Shown here piece after piece: positions 1 to 9,159 of a stretch of DNA of 64,000 nucleotides. The notes beneath the pieces are model-generated. The model did not search any database, was not told where the DNA came from, and saw nothing but the letters and a program-made list of their open reading frames with translations. Position numbers and translations under genes: made by a program. Where the stretch lies: the NCBI GenBank assembly GCA_963698595.1, contig CAVORL010000006.1:968900-1032899 (forward strand), given 5' to 3'. The DNA is from an uncultured Chloroflexia bacterium (lineage in GTDB: Bacteria > Chloroflexota > Limnocylindria > Limnocylindrales > CSP1-4). The first letter of the stretch is position 1. Each line of letters opens with the position of its first letter.

Positions 1-62
1 CCGAGCCGGGCTTCGGCGCGCATTCGCCGCAGGCGCTCGATGCGCTCCTCGCTGGTCGGCAC
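1..62 (-). CDS. partial CDS, first 20 codons only (gene continues left of window)
   Basis: GTG at 62-60 with a GAGGAGG RBS (complement of 68-74) 5 nt upstream. It reads VPTSEERIERLRRMRAEARLG with GC-rich third positions. From memory the N-terminus resembles acyl-CoA carboxylase carboxyltransferase beta subunits, but 20 aa is too little to call. Confidence 0.4.
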   Translation of the reverse strand, partial: MPTSEERIERLRRMRAEARL

Positions 63-293
63 GTGGACCTCCTCGCGGTGGCCGGCGAACCCGGAAGGGC
101 CGGCCGCGTGTCTTTGCGCACAGACGGGACGTCAGTTGCAGCTGGGTCGCCCCACATCATAGGCACGCCCGGGCGAACGCGAAACGCGGACGCTCGCCGG
201 GGCGGCCGCACCACCTCCCCTCCCCCACGCTCCTGTCACGTCGGCCCGCCACGCCGGGGCGGACTCCGCTCGTATCGTGCCGCGAGCCCTGCG

Positions 294-335
294 TTATCCA
301 CAAAATCGTGAACAACCCGGCTTTCGTGTGGAAAA
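294..335. promoter_or_regulatory. two inverted DnaA-box 9-mers upstream of parA
   Basis: TTATCCACA at 294-302 is a perfect match to the canonical DnaA box. TGTGGAAAA at 327-335 is the reverse complement of TTTTCCACA (8/9). Both lie in the 367-bp divergent intergenic region. Confidence 0.55.
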
Positions 336-429
336 CCGGAGCTCGCAACCGTTGCCGGTGGAGTAGGATCATGGACCGCACCGAACCGCGGCTTGCATCC
401 CACGTCACGACCAGCGAGGTGGAAACCGG

Positions 430-1206
430 GTGGCTACGGTCATCGCAATCGCGAACCAGAAGGGCGGAGTCGGAAAGACCACGACGGCGATCAATCTGGC
501 AGGCGCGCTTGCCGAGCAGGGCCTTCGCGTCCTCGCGGTGGACATGGATCCGCAGGCCAACCTCACGGTGGGGCTCGGGATCAACCTCGGGCTCGTCGAG
601 AGGTCCATTGCCAACGTGCTCGACGACTCGGGCGTGTCGCTCGCGTCGATCATCATCACCTCCGCCACGGAGGGAATCGACGTCGCGCCGTCGACGCTCG
701 AGCTGGCCTCCACCGAGGTCGAGCTGTTCAGCGCGATCGGCCGGGAGTACACACTGCGTGAGGCGATCGCCGCCGATTCGGTCCGCGACGCATACGACTA
801 CATCCTGATCGACAGCCCGCCGACGCTGGGCCTCCTCACGATCAACAGCCTCGTCGCCGCCGACGGGGTCATCATCCCGGTGCAGACGCAGTACTACGCC
901 CTCAAGGGCCTCACGGCGCTCGTCAAGGTGATCAACACGATCCGTGTCAAGCTGAACCGCGACCTGCGCGTGCTCGGCCTCCTGCCGACCTTCTACGACG
1001 GCCGCACCGTCCTGGCCCGCGAGATGCTCGAGGAGCTCCGCGAGCTGGGCGACCACCATGTCTTCGAGAGCATCATCCGCACGACCGTCAAGCTCGGGGA
1101 GGCTCCCCTCACCGGCCGGCCGATCACAGCCTACGCCCGGCACTCCGATGCCGCCCGGACGTTCCGAGAGCTCGCGAAGGAGGTCGTTGAACTTGGCCAG
1201 GCCTGA
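430..1206 (+). CDS. parA: chromosome partitioning ATPase ParA/Soj
   Basis: 258-aa ORF with the deviant Walker A motif [18 protein letters not shown] and the DMDPQANLT and LIDSPPTLG motifs. It sits immediately upstream of parB. Confidence 0.95.
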   Translation: MATVIAIANQKGGVGKTTTAINLAGALAEQGLRVLAVDMDPQANLTVGLGINLGLVERSIANVLDDSGVSLASIIITSATEGIDVAPSTLELASTEVELFSAIGREYTLREAIAADSVRDAYDYILIDSPPTLGLLTINSLVAADGVIIPVQTQYYALKGLTALVKVINTIRVKLNRDLRVLGLLPTFYDGRTVLAREMLEELRELGDHHVFESIIRTTVKLGEAPLTGRPITAYARHSDAARTFRELAKEVVELGQA

Positions 1207-2182
1207 CTTCCGCGCCGTCGCCGCGCGCCGTCTCTCGGAGGAGCGTGAGCTCTCCCCGTCCGTCATCAGCCTGCTCTCCGCCGAGGGAGCGAGGTCGCTC
1301 GGCATCCGCCACGTCCCCATCGATCGGATCGAGCCCAACCCGGAGAACCCTCGACTGCTCTTCGAGGAGTCCGCGCTCGATGAGCTGGCGGCCTCGATCC
1401 GCGAGCACGGCGTGCTTCAGCCGATCCTCGTGCGCCCGCGGGGCGGCGACCAGTACCAGCTCGTCGCCGGCGAGCGCCGCTGGCGAGCAGCCCGCCGGGC
1501 GGGGTTGCCCACGGTCCCAGCGCTCGTCGAGGAGCTCGACGACGAAGCTGCCCTCGAGATCGCGGTCATCGAGAACCTCCAGCGCGAGGATCTCTCGCCG
1601 CTTGAAGAGGCGGCGATGTACGAGAAGATGGTCGGCGAGCACGGCTACAGCATCCGCAAGCTGGCCCAGAAGCTCGGCAAGGACAAGGGCTACCTGGAGA
1701 ACCGCCTGCGCCTGGCCGGGGCGCCCGAGGAGGTGCGGGCCCTGGTGTCCGTACGCAAAGACACTCTGTCACACGCGTACGAGCTCATGAAGGTGGACGA
1801 CCCGAAGAAGCGCAAGCGACTGGCTGCCCAGGTCGCCAGCGGCCAACTCTCGCTCGTCAAGCTTCGTGAGCGGATCGAGGGACGACCCCGGCGGGCGGTT
1901 GCCGAAGCTGCCGAGCCTCCCGACCAGTGGTCCGCGGCCGAGGACGAGGTCGAGCGTCAGAGGCTGCCGGTGCCGGCCACGATCCCGACCGGTGACGACG
2001 CGCTGCTCGAGGCGAAGGCCCAGTTCCAGGAGGCACTCGCGGAGCTGATCGCCGTCCTGCGGAGCGACGAGTTCGTGCGCTCGGCGAACCCGGTTGATCG
2101 GCACAATCTCGCCAAGTACCTGACCATCTCCAAGCTGACGCTCGAGAACGTCATCACGGTCGTCCGCGGCAGCGGCGACTGA
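1187..2182 (+). CDS. parB: chromosome partitioning protein ParB (start uncertain: TTG 1187 or 1193)
   Basis: The frame of ORF 1058..2182 carries [25 protein letters not shown] and [16 protein letters not shown] (ParB box) plus an HTH region. The part upstream of 1187 overlaps parA and is Arg/Ser-rich noise. Confidence 0.9.
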   Translation: MNLARPDFRAVAARRLSEERELSPSVISLLSAEGARSLGIRHVPIDRIEPNPENPRLLFEESALDELAASIREHGVLQPILVRPRGGDQYQLVAGERRWRAARRAGLPTVPALVEELDDEAALEIAVIENLQREDLSPLEEAAMYEKMVGEHGYSIRKLAQKLGKDKGYLENRLRLAGAPEEVRALVSVRKDTLSHAYELMKVDDPKKRKRLAAQVASGQLSLVKLRERIEGRPRRAVAEAAEPPDQWSAAEDEVERQRLPVPATIPTGDDALLEAKAQFQEALAELIAVLRSDEFVRSANPVDRHNLAKYLTISKLTLENVITVVRGSGD

Positions 2183-2236
2183 AGCGAGCGGTCCCGCGGC
2201 CCGGCGGTGTGGCCGGGACTCGGCGTGCCGGGTCCC

Positions 2237-3088
2237 CTACCCCGCCAGGAGGCCCGCCCCGGCGAGCCCGCCGGCCCAGCCGGCCGCAAGCAGGGCCAGC
2301 CCGACCGCCTGAACCTCCCAGGCGCGCTGGCGTGCCTTGCGCCCGCTCAGCCAGCCGAGCCCGACGCCCAGCACGGTGAGCGCGGCGCCGACGGCCCCGA
2401 GCGCGATGCCCGCCGGATCTGCGCCGAGCGCCACCGCCGACCCCAGCGTCGTCCCGACCACCACCCCCTGCAGCAGGGCGCCGACGCGGCGGGCGCGGGC
2501 GAGTCCCAGGCTCGTCGCCACGGTCGGCACGCCGGCCTGGCGGTCGCGCTCCAGGTCGGCGAGGGCGTTCGCGATCGCCAGCCCCGCCCCGGCGACCATG
2601 GCGACCGGGATCAACACACTGAACGCCGCCGGCACACGGCCTGTCGCGCCCACCCAGGCGAACACCGGCAGCAGCGGGATCCCGACGGCGTACGGGAGCC
2701 ACGACCACGGGGTCCCTTTGAGGCGCAGGTTGTACGCCATCCCCGTGGCCAGGCCAACCACCGCGATCGCGAGCGGCATGGCGCCGACGAGCGCGGCGAG
2801 CACGAGGCCCGTCCCCGCGAGCGCGACGGCTGTCCATGCCGCGGCTGCGCGCGCCACGAGGCCCGCGGGCACCGGCTTGTCGGGTCGCGAGGCTGCGTCG
2901 AGGGGGGCGTCCGCCCAGTCGTTGGCGGCCCCGATACCGAGCTGGAGGGCGAGCATCGCCATCCCCAGGAGGGCGATCCGCAGCCCCTCGGCTCCCGCGA
3001 CGGCTGCGAGGACGACGACGACGGCTGCGTCGAGGAGCGATGGGAACGGGTGGACGAGCCGGAGCAGGCCGACGAGGCGAGCGGTCAG
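2237..3088 (-). CDS. UbiA-family prenyltransferase (5-prime end unresolved; canonical-start ORF begins only at 2962)
   Basis: Polytopic membrane protein with the Asp-rich motif GAANDWADAPLD and a second motif NALADLERD. An in-frame extension (LTARLVGLLRLVHPFPSLLDAAVVVVLAAV) is needed for the first TM helices, but it has no ATG/GTG/TTG between the upstream stop (3194-3196) and 2962. CTG at 3088 is the candidate start. Confidence 0.75.
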   Translation of the reverse strand: MTARLVGLLRLVHPFPSLLDAAVVVVLAAVAGAEGLRIALLGMAMLALQLGIGAANDWADAPLDAASRPDKPVPAGLVARAAAAWTAVALAGTGLVLAALVGAMPLAIAVVGLATGMAYNLRLKGTPWSWLPYAVGIPLLPVFAWVGATGRVPAAFSVLIPVAMVAGAGLAIANALADLERDRQAGVPTVATSLGLARARRVGALLQGVVVGTTLGSAVALGADPAGIALGAVGAALTVLGVGLGWLSGRKARQRAWEVQAVGLALLAAGWAGGLAGAGLLAG

Positions 3089-3107
3089 CCGGTCGCGGGG
3101 CCCACCC

Positions 3108-3512
3108 TCAGACGTAGACGAGCTCCCCGAAGCTCTCCACGAGGTAGTCGACGAGCATCTCGCGGGATCCCGGGACGATCGCCCGGAGACCCTTCACGAA
3201 GCAGTGGAGCGTGCTCGCGGGCACGAGCATCTGCCCGTCCGCGTCGCGACCCACGACGGCCGGTGGCCCTCCGCCGGCGGCGAAGACCCTCTCGAGCTCG
3301 CGATCCTGAAGCCGGGTCGCCGTGCGCAGGTCGCGCAGGACCACGAGGACGCCCTGCCGTATGGAGATGTCGCGCACCGCCTCTGCCGCCCAGGCGTCGA
3401 GCTGGTCGTCCGGCTGCTCCAGCAGCCGGCGCCGGTATTCGGCGGGGTCCGTGGCGAGTCCGGTCGCGCCCATGCGATCGCCTGCCTCCCTCGTGCTGCG
3501 CTTCGTGCGCAC
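3108..3512 (-). CDS. hypothetical protein (alternative start ATG 3473)
   Basis: 134-aa ORF with GC-rich third positions, co-directional and tightly packed between plsC and the UbiA gene. I recognise no motif. Confidence 0.55.
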   Translation of the reverse strand: MRTKRSTREAGDRMGATGLATDPAEYRRRLLEQPDDQLDAWAAEAVRDISIRQGVLVVLRDLRTATRLQDRELERVFAAGGGPPAVVGRDADGQMLVPASTLHCFVKGLRAIVPGSREMLVDYLVESFGELVYV

Positions 3513-3589
3513 GGACGAAGTATCGCAGAACAGGTGGCCGACTCACCTGCCCGCGTCGCGCCATCGCGGGAACGATGGGAACGTCTGTG

Positions 3590-4336
3590 CTATTTCTGCC
3601 CCCCGATCGGCGGCCGGGATCCTTCCGGCCAGTCCTGGAACGCCTCCGTCAGCCAGCGCCCGAAGCGACCGGGCGGCTCCCGGTCTCGGCCATCGGCCAC
3701 GAGGTCAAGGAGCGCCCGGCGCGTCGCCTCCGTCATCTCGGCCACGGCCGACTTCGTGGGGCGGCCGGCGGCCGGGATTGGAGCCCCAACGCGGACTCGG
3801 ACCGTGCCTCCGAAGCGGAGCCAGCCGACGCCGGTGATCCCGACCGGGACGATCGGCACGCCGCCGCGCAGGGCGAAGAATGCAACACCCTCGTCGAGGG
3901 GCAGAACGACCTGCTCCCCGGCATGGATCCGACCTTCCGGCGCGATCGCGAGGCGATCGCCACGCTCGAAGACCGCCTGGACGCGGCGAGCGACCTCCAC
4001 GAGGCCACGTTTGTCGGGCCGGAACGGGACGTCGCGCTGAGACCAGCTGATCAGGCGGTTCTTGAAGCCGACGCGCATGTCGGCCTCGCGCGGGCCGAAG
4101 AAGAGGATGCCGGGACGCCCGGGCAGCGCCGCGATGATGAAGAAGGGATCGGCCCAGCTCTGGTGGTTGAAGCACAGCATCACCGGCCCCGCGGGCAGAC
4201 GCTCGATGCCCTCCACGCGGAGACGCACGTAGAGCCGCACGCCGAGCCATAGGAACCCAAAGGTCAGCCAGTAGCGGACACGGCCCGGGCGCCCGGTGAC
4301 CGGTGGGGCGCCGTGGACGCTCGTCGTCAGCCCCAT
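3590..4336 (-). CDS. plsC: 1-acyl-sn-glycerol-3-phosphate acyltransferase family (PlsC-like)
   Basis: The C-terminal 248 aa of ORF 3590..4933 carry the acyltransferase HX4D motif (NHQSWADP) and the downstream APEGRI motif. The ATG at 4336 overlaps the upstream HAD gene by 10 bp. Confidence 0.85.
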   Translation of the reverse strand: MGLTTSVHGAPPVTGRPGRVRYWLTFGFLWLGVRLYVRLRVEGIERLPAGPVMLCFNHQSWADPFFIIAALPGRPGILFFGPREADMRVGFKNRLISWSQRDVPFRPDKRGLVEVARRVQAVFERGDRLAIAPEGRIHAGEQVVLPLDEGVAFFALRGGVPIVPVGITGVGWLRFGGTVRVRVGAPIPAAGRPTKSAVAEMTEATRRALLDLVADGRDREPPGRFGRWLTEAFQDWPEGSRPPIGGQK

Positions 4337-5040
4337 CCCGCAAACCACGATCCGCTCGTCCGGAGATCGTCGAGGCGCTCGAGGACCAGGTCGGCCGCCT
4401 CCGCGGCGCCCCGCCCCGGGGGGACGCTTGCGTTCGGGACGAGGACGACGCGCATGCCGGCGGCCCGACCCGCGAGCACGCCGTTTCGGGAGTCCTCGAC
4501 CACCAGGCAGCGGGCCGGCGGGACGCCGAGCCGCCGGGCTGCCTCGAGGTAGACGTCCGGCGCAGGCTTGCCGGCCGGGACGTCGTCCGAGGACACCACG
4601 GTGCCGAAGACGGCGGCGAGGCCCGCCGCGTCTAGCGCCGAGGCGATCACGGCAGGGTGCGCGGACGACGCGATGGCGACGGGGAATTGCGCCGCGATGC
4701 GCCTCGCGGCCTCTGGTGCCCCCGCCACGACCGGAACGGCTTCGCGAGCGTAGCGCCGCACCAGCCCGTCGACGATGTCGCGTTCGATCCTCGCCGGGGC
4801 GTCGTGGATCCGCAAGCGCTCTTGCATGATCGCCGACCACTCCCGCGAGTTGCGGCCCATGCAGGCGTGGCTGTCTTCCACGCTCCAGGTCAGCCCGCGG
4901 ACGGCCGCCCACGCGACGCGGACCTCGTGCCACCAGGGCTCGGTGTCGACGAGGACACCGTCGAGATCGAAGATGACAGCGCCGATCGTGTCGGCATCAT
5001 CCTCCCGGGCGCGCCCCTCCTCCCGGACCCCCGCGCTCAT
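4327..5040 (-). CDS. HAD-superfamily hydrolase, subfamily IA (phosphatase/beta-phosphoglucomutase-like)
   Basis: DxD motif FDLDGVLVDT, later IASSA, and LVVEDSRNGVLAGRAAGM (motifs III/IV). Start taken at the internal ATG 5040; ORF-track start is 5067. Confidence 0.85.
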   Translation of the reverse strand: MSAGVREEGRAREDDADTIGAVIFDLDGVLVDTEPWWHEVRVAWAAVRGLTWSVEDSHACMGRNSREWSAIMQERLRIHDAPARIERDIVDGLVRRYAREAVPVVAGAPEAARRIAAQFPVAIASSAHPAVIASALDAAGLAAVFGTVVSSDDVPAGKPAPDVYLEAARRLGVPPARCLVVEDSRNGVLAGRAAGMRVVLVPNASVPPGRGAAEAADLVLERLDDLRTSGSWFAGWG

Positions 5041-5176
5041 GGGGTGGCCTCGAGCCGCACCGTCCATTCCTCCCGGCTGTGATGTGCCGTCCGTCCATCG
5101 CCGAGGCTACCACGCGACCTGTCGCGGACCCACGCCGCGGGCGTATCCTCGGGTCACCGCACGTGGAGGGCACGCC

Positions 5177-6199
5177 TTGTCCATCGATCGACGCCTGCTC
5201 AGCTGGGGCGTCTTCCTGGTGCTCCTGGGAGCCGTGCCACTGGCCGTGACCCAGGGGTGGATACCGCGCGACACGGTGGCTCGCGCCTGGGAGCTCTGGC
5301 CGCTCGTTCTCATCGGCGCCGGGATCGGCCTCATCCTCAGCCGCACCGCCCTGAGCGCGATCGGCGGGATCGTCGTCGCCGCCACGTTCGGGGTCATGCT
5401 GGGGGCATTGATCTCCGTGGGGTTCGGCGGCCTCACGTTCGGGAACCTCGGCTGCGGTGGCGCGGTAGCGGGGGCGCCGCAGATCATCGACGAGCGCGGG
5501 AGCTTCGACGGGAGCACGGAAGGCGAGCCCGGCGATCGCCTGGTCACCGGGAGCGTCACGCTCACCGCGAACTGTGCGAACGTCGAGGTGTCCACGGTGC
5601 CCGGCGCGGGCTGGGGCGTCTCGGTCACCGGGGCCGAGAACGCCCGTCCCACCGTGGAGCAGTCCGGCGACCGGCTCGTCGTCCGCTCACCGCAGGCACC
5701 CATCGTCTTCCCGTTCACGACGCAGCGCTCGACCTGGCGGGTCGACCTCGGGACCGACCCGCGGCTCGACCTCGAGATCACCCTCAACGCCGGCGCCGCG
5801 ACCGTGGACCTCGGGGCGGCGACCATCAGCCGCCTCGTCTTCCACGGCAACGCGGTCGGCGACACGCGCCTTGATCTCTCCCAGGCAACCGTCGAGCGTC
5901 TCGACGCCACGATCAACGCCGCCGATGTCGCCATTCGGCTCCCGGAGGCCGCCGACCTGGTGGGCGCCGTTCAGGCCAACGCGTCCTCGGTCGACCTGTG
6001 CGCCTCCGCCCGCGTGGGACTGCGCCTGCTCGTCGAGGACAACATCACCGCCAGCGACAACTTCGGCGACCGCGGCCTGGTCCGAAATGGCAGGGCGTGG
6101 GAGACGCCCGGCTACGCCGGCGCCGCGACACAGGTGGAGCTGCTCCTGGCCGGCAGCGCGGTGAGCTTCAGCCTCGAACTGGAGGGTGGCTGCCGATGA
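5177..6199 (+). CDS. membrane protein with N-terminal TM segments and a beta-rich C-terminal domain (LiaF/DUF4097-like, tentative)
   Basis: TTG at 5177 is preceded by GGAGGG (5165-5170). Four predicted TM helices are followed by a repetitive beta-type region. The stop overlaps the start of the PspC-domain gene (ATGA at 6196-6199). Confidence 0.65.
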   Translation: MSIDRRLLSWGVFLVLLGAVPLAVTQGWIPRDTVARAWELWPLVLIGAGIGLILSRTALSAIGGIVVAATFGVMLGALISVGFGGLTFGNLGCGGAVAGAPQIIDERGSFDGSTEGEPGDRLVTGSVTLTANCANVEVSTVPGAGWGVSVTGAENARPTVEQSGDRLVVRSPQAPIVFPFTTQRSTWRVDLGTDPRLDLEITLNAGAATVDLGAATISRLVFHGNAVGDTRLDLSQATVERLDATINAADVAIRLPEAADLVGAVQANASSVDLCASARVGLRLLVEDNITASDNFGDRGLVRNGRAWETPGYAGAATQVELLLAGSAVSFSLELEGGCR

Positions 6200-6756
6200 A
6201 CGACCGCCTGTACCGCACGGTGGACGACCGGGTCGTGGCCGGCGTGTGCGGCGGGCTCGCGGCCCGCCTCGAGATCGACCCGAGCCTCATCCGCATCGCC
6301 TACGCGGTGGCTGCACTCCTGACGGGGTTGTTCCCGCTCATCGTGATCTACGTGATCATGGCGGCTGTCATCCCCGAGGAGCCAACCGGGTTCGCTGGCC
6401 GTGCTCCGGGCACGAGGCTCGCCCCGCCGGGTCCGAACGCCATCCCCGGCTGGACGCCGCCCGGCACAACGGACGCCATGCCGGACGTGATGCCGACGCC
6501 GGGAGCCTCGCCCTCGGGGAGCACCCCGGCAGGAGGTCCGCCGTGGACGACGCCGGCATGGACGACGGGCGAGCGGCGTACCCCGCGCCCCTCCAGTCCC
6601 GTGCCCGCCGTCATCGGCGGGATCGTCCTCGTCGCCCTCGGCGCCTCCTTCCTCATTCGCGATCAGATCAATGTCGACTGGGGCGTCGTCTGGGCGACCG
6701 GGCTCGTCGCGCTCGGCGTCGTCATCGTCGCAGCCGCGTTCCTGCCACGTCGCTGA
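6196..6756 (+). CDS. PspC-domain membrane protein
   Basis: The N-terminus MNDRLYRTVDDRVVAGVCGGLAARLEIDPSLIRIAYAV is a typical PspC domain. It is followed by a Pro/Thr-rich linker and C-terminal TM helices, and is translationally coupled to the preceding gene. Confidence 0.85.
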   Translation: MNDRLYRTVDDRVVAGVCGGLAARLEIDPSLIRIAYAVAALLTGLFPLIVIYVIMAAVIPEEPTGFAGRAPGTRLAPPGPNAIPGWTPPGTTDAMPDVMPTPGASPSGSTPAGGPPWTTPAWTTGERRTPRPSSPVPAVIGGIVLVALGASFLIRDQINVDWGVVWATGLVALGVVIVAAAFLPRR

Positions 6757-6923
6757 GCCGAAGCCGCAGCGTCCGGGCCGGGTGGCGACGCTCGCCGTCC
6801 GCAACAATTTCCCGTCGTCGGAACGATCGAGGTTGACCCGCGTCTCGCCATGTCGGCCCACAACGAAACCGGGGCACTAGACTGGCGCGGGACCGGTCGG
6901 GGGATCGGGCCGCGAACGAGGAG

Positions 6924-7787
6924 GTGATGGCCGACTTGAGCGTCATCGAGGGACCGGCCGCCCCGTCCGTGCTCACCGGCCGCGCCGGCCTTGTCCGGCG
7001 CGCCAGCGACGTCGCCGGACCGGCGGTCGCACCCACGCTCGTGCTGCTCCACGGGACGCGCCGGACCCGGGACATGTGGCGCCACCAGGTCGCGGACCTC
7101 TCCGACACGCTGCGGGTGGTGGCCCCGGACCTGCCCGGCCACGGCACTCTCGCCGATACCGCCTTCACCCTCCGGGGCGCCTCGGACTTCGTCGTCGACG
7201 TGATCGAGGAGATAGCCGGCGGGCGGGCCATCATCGTCGGCCAGTCGCTCGGCGGGTACGTCGGGATGCATCTGGCGGCCCGGCTCCCCCGCCTGGTCGC
7301 GGGGCTCGTCATCGCGAACGCCTCCGCAGAGCCGCGCGCCGTCGCGCGGCGAGCGCCACGGACGGTCGGCTCGTATCTGCTGGTCGCCGCGACCGATCTG
7401 CTGCGCCGGCCGGCACTGCGGCCGAAGAGCGGGGACGGCGTCGATCCAGGCGGGCCGGGCGATGACGGCGACGGGTCCGAGCCACCGGCCACGAATGGCT
7501 GGCTGTTCAAGGGTGGGACCCGCGCCCTCGTCTCGGCGCTGCGCGAAGCGTTCGTCCCGCAGCTCGCCCGCTACCCGGGGCCAACGCTCCTGCTCAACGG
7601 CGCCGACGATGTCCTCTTCCGGCGCAGCGAGCAGGAGTTCCTCGCCGCCGCGGCCCACGGGCGGCTCGAGGTGATCGCCGGCTGCGGGCATCTCGTCAAC
7701 GAGGAGCAGCCCGAGGCCTTCAACGCGGCTTTGCGACGGTTCGCGGCGGAGGTTGCGGCCCGCGACGCCCAGGCCGGCCTCGCCTAG
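6924..7787 (+). CDS. alpha/beta-fold hydrolase
   Basis: LVLLHG oxyanion region, nucleophile elbow GQSLGG, and a C-terminal GHLVNEEQPEAF (catalytic His region). Confidence 0.85.
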   Translation: MMADLSVIEGPAAPSVLTGRAGLVRRASDVAGPAVAPTLVLLHGTRRTRDMWRHQVADLSDTLRVVAPDLPGHGTLADTAFTLRGASDFVVDVIEEIAGGRAIIVGQSLGGYVGMHLAARLPRLVAGLVIANASAEPRAVARRAPRTVGSYLLVAATDLLRRPALRPKSGDGVDPGGPGDDGDGSEPPATNGWLFKGGTRALVSALREAFVPQLARYPGPTLLLNGADDVLFRRSEQEFLAAAAHGRLEVIAGCGHLVNEEQPEAFNAALRRFAAEVAARDAQAGLA

Positions 7788-7927
7788 GAGCCTGGTGCGG
7801 CACGGCCTCATGACCCACGGCGACCCGCGCGAGACCGCGAACCTGGCGGCCGCCGCGAGGGATTGGGAGGCGGCCACGGTGAGGAGCTTGCGTACGCGGA
7901 TCGAGGCCCGCCCGCCGCGGACATGAG

Positions 7928-7961
7928 GACGCCCGGGCGCGGTGATCCACGCCCGGGCGTC
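7928..7961. terminator. GC-rich hairpin between convergent genes (possible bidirectional terminator)
   Basis: GACGCCCGGGCG (7928-7939) and CGCCCGGGCGTC (7950-7961) form a perfect 12-bp stem with a 10-nt loop. There is no U-tract. Confidence 0.45.
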
Positions 7962-7983
7962 GCGCCCGCCTGAACGGCTGCTG

Positions 7984-9066
7984 CTAGCCGCTGGTGCCGC
8001 TGCCGGCGGGCGCCGTGGACGGCGCCGGCGAGGCGCCCGGGACGCTCGGGCCCACACCGTCGCCCTTGCCCGGCATCCGGCCGAAGCCGTCGCCGCCCAT
8101 GCGCGGACCGCCGCGACCCTGGCCGCCCATCCCGGGGCCGCCAAGCTCACCGGCCGCCCGGGACTGCACCACGGTCGCCGTCAGCGAGCCGTCGGCGTCG
8201 CGGGTGCCGCCGGCCGTGACGACGTCTCCAACCTTGACGTCGGCGAGCGTCGGCGAGGTGATCCCACCGACCCGATAGGTCGTCGAGGAGGTCACCTTGA
8301 CGACGACAGTCGTCCCGTCGCGCTGCGTGAGCGTGATCGAGTCGGCGCCCTTCTCGGCGACGGTACCGGCCGCCGCAGCCGGCGCGATCTGCACCGACGT
8401 CGCCGTGAGCGTTCCGTCACTGTCGAGCGCCCCGCGCGCCACGATCCGGGCCCCGGCCACGACCGCGTCCTTGGTCGCGTCCTGGCCCGCGAGCTGATAG
8501 GTCGTCGAGCTCGTGACCTCCACCTTCTGGGTTGTCCCGTCGCGAAGCGTCAGGGTGATCGTCGTGCCGGAGACCGAGGCGACGGTGCCCGCTGCGCTGG
8601 GCTGGATCACGTCGATCGCCGTGATCGTGTACGTGCCGTCGTCGTTGCGGGTCTCACGGAAGACGATCCCGTCGCCGACCTTCAGCGTCGAGACCTCGAC
8701 CGCTGCCCCGTCCTTCGTGACGGTGGCGCCGGCCGCCTCGATCGTGCGCGTCCAGCCGTTGTCGGTCGTGAGCGAGAGCTTCGTGCCATCGACGGCCGTG
8801 ATCGAGATCGCGGAGCGGTCGAGACCGCCGCGGACTCCGCGCCCGTCGAGTTCGTCCGTCCGGATCCTCGTGGCGCCATCCGGCGATGTCCACGCGGCTT
8901 CGGCGCCGACGGCCGGAGCCGCGGCACGCGCGGCGGGGGCCAGGTCGGACGGAGCGGCGGCGGTTGCTGCGATCCCGATCGCCATCGCGCCGATGCCGAT
9001 CGCTCCTGCGAGGGCCGCGAGGCCGAGGGTCCGGCGGCGCGGCGTGCTCGTGGTGGGTTCCTGCAT
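7984..9066 (-). CDS. secreted repeat protein (three DUF5666-like modules, Tat-like signal, Gly/Met-rich tail)
   Basis: The N-terminus TPRRRTLGLAALAGAIGIGAMA resembles a twin-arginine signal. Internal repeats include GTVASVSGTTITLTLRDGTTQKVEVTSSTTYQ and GTVAEKGADSITLTQRDGTTVVVKVTSSTTYR. The tail reads GGPGMGGQGRGGPRMGGDGFGRMPG. Confidence 0.75.
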   Translation of the reverse strand: MQEPTTSTPRRRTLGLAALAGAIGIGAMAIGIAATAAAPSDLAPAARAAAPAVGAEAAWTSPDGATRIRTDELDGRGVRGGLDRSAISITAVDGTKLSLTTDNGWTRTIEAAGATVTKDGAAVEVSTLKVGDGIVFRETRNDDGTYTITAIDVIQPSAAGTVASVSGTTITLTLRDGTTQKVEVTSSTTYQLAGQDATKDAVVAGARIVARGALDSDGTLTATSVQIAPAAAAGTVAEKGADSITLTQRDGTTVVVKVTSSTTYRVGGITSPTLADVKVGDVVTAGGTRDADGSLTATVVQSRAAGELGGPGMGGQGRGGPRMGGDGFGRMPGKGDGVGPSVPGASPAPSTAPAGSGTSG

Positions 9067-9159
9067 CTGGTATCTCCTGGAGCCCTCCGTGTCTTCATGG
9101 TGCGACGCCCGGCGCGGGGAGGGCCACCCCGGGCGTTGTTGACCGGTATGGCCGATCGA

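Noticed and set aside
157-1338. Long antisense or overlapping ORFs throughout the track, for example 157..1338(-), 2207..4252(+), 6663..8150(-), 18234..20165(-), 21025..23652(-), 25374..26894(-), 39869..41581(-), 55468..58230(+) and 60815..62665(-).
   Set aside because: They are Arg/Pro/Gly/Ala-rich, have no recognisable motifs, and lie opposite or out of frame to genes with clear family signatures. Stop-free shadow frames like these are expected in very GC-rich DNA.
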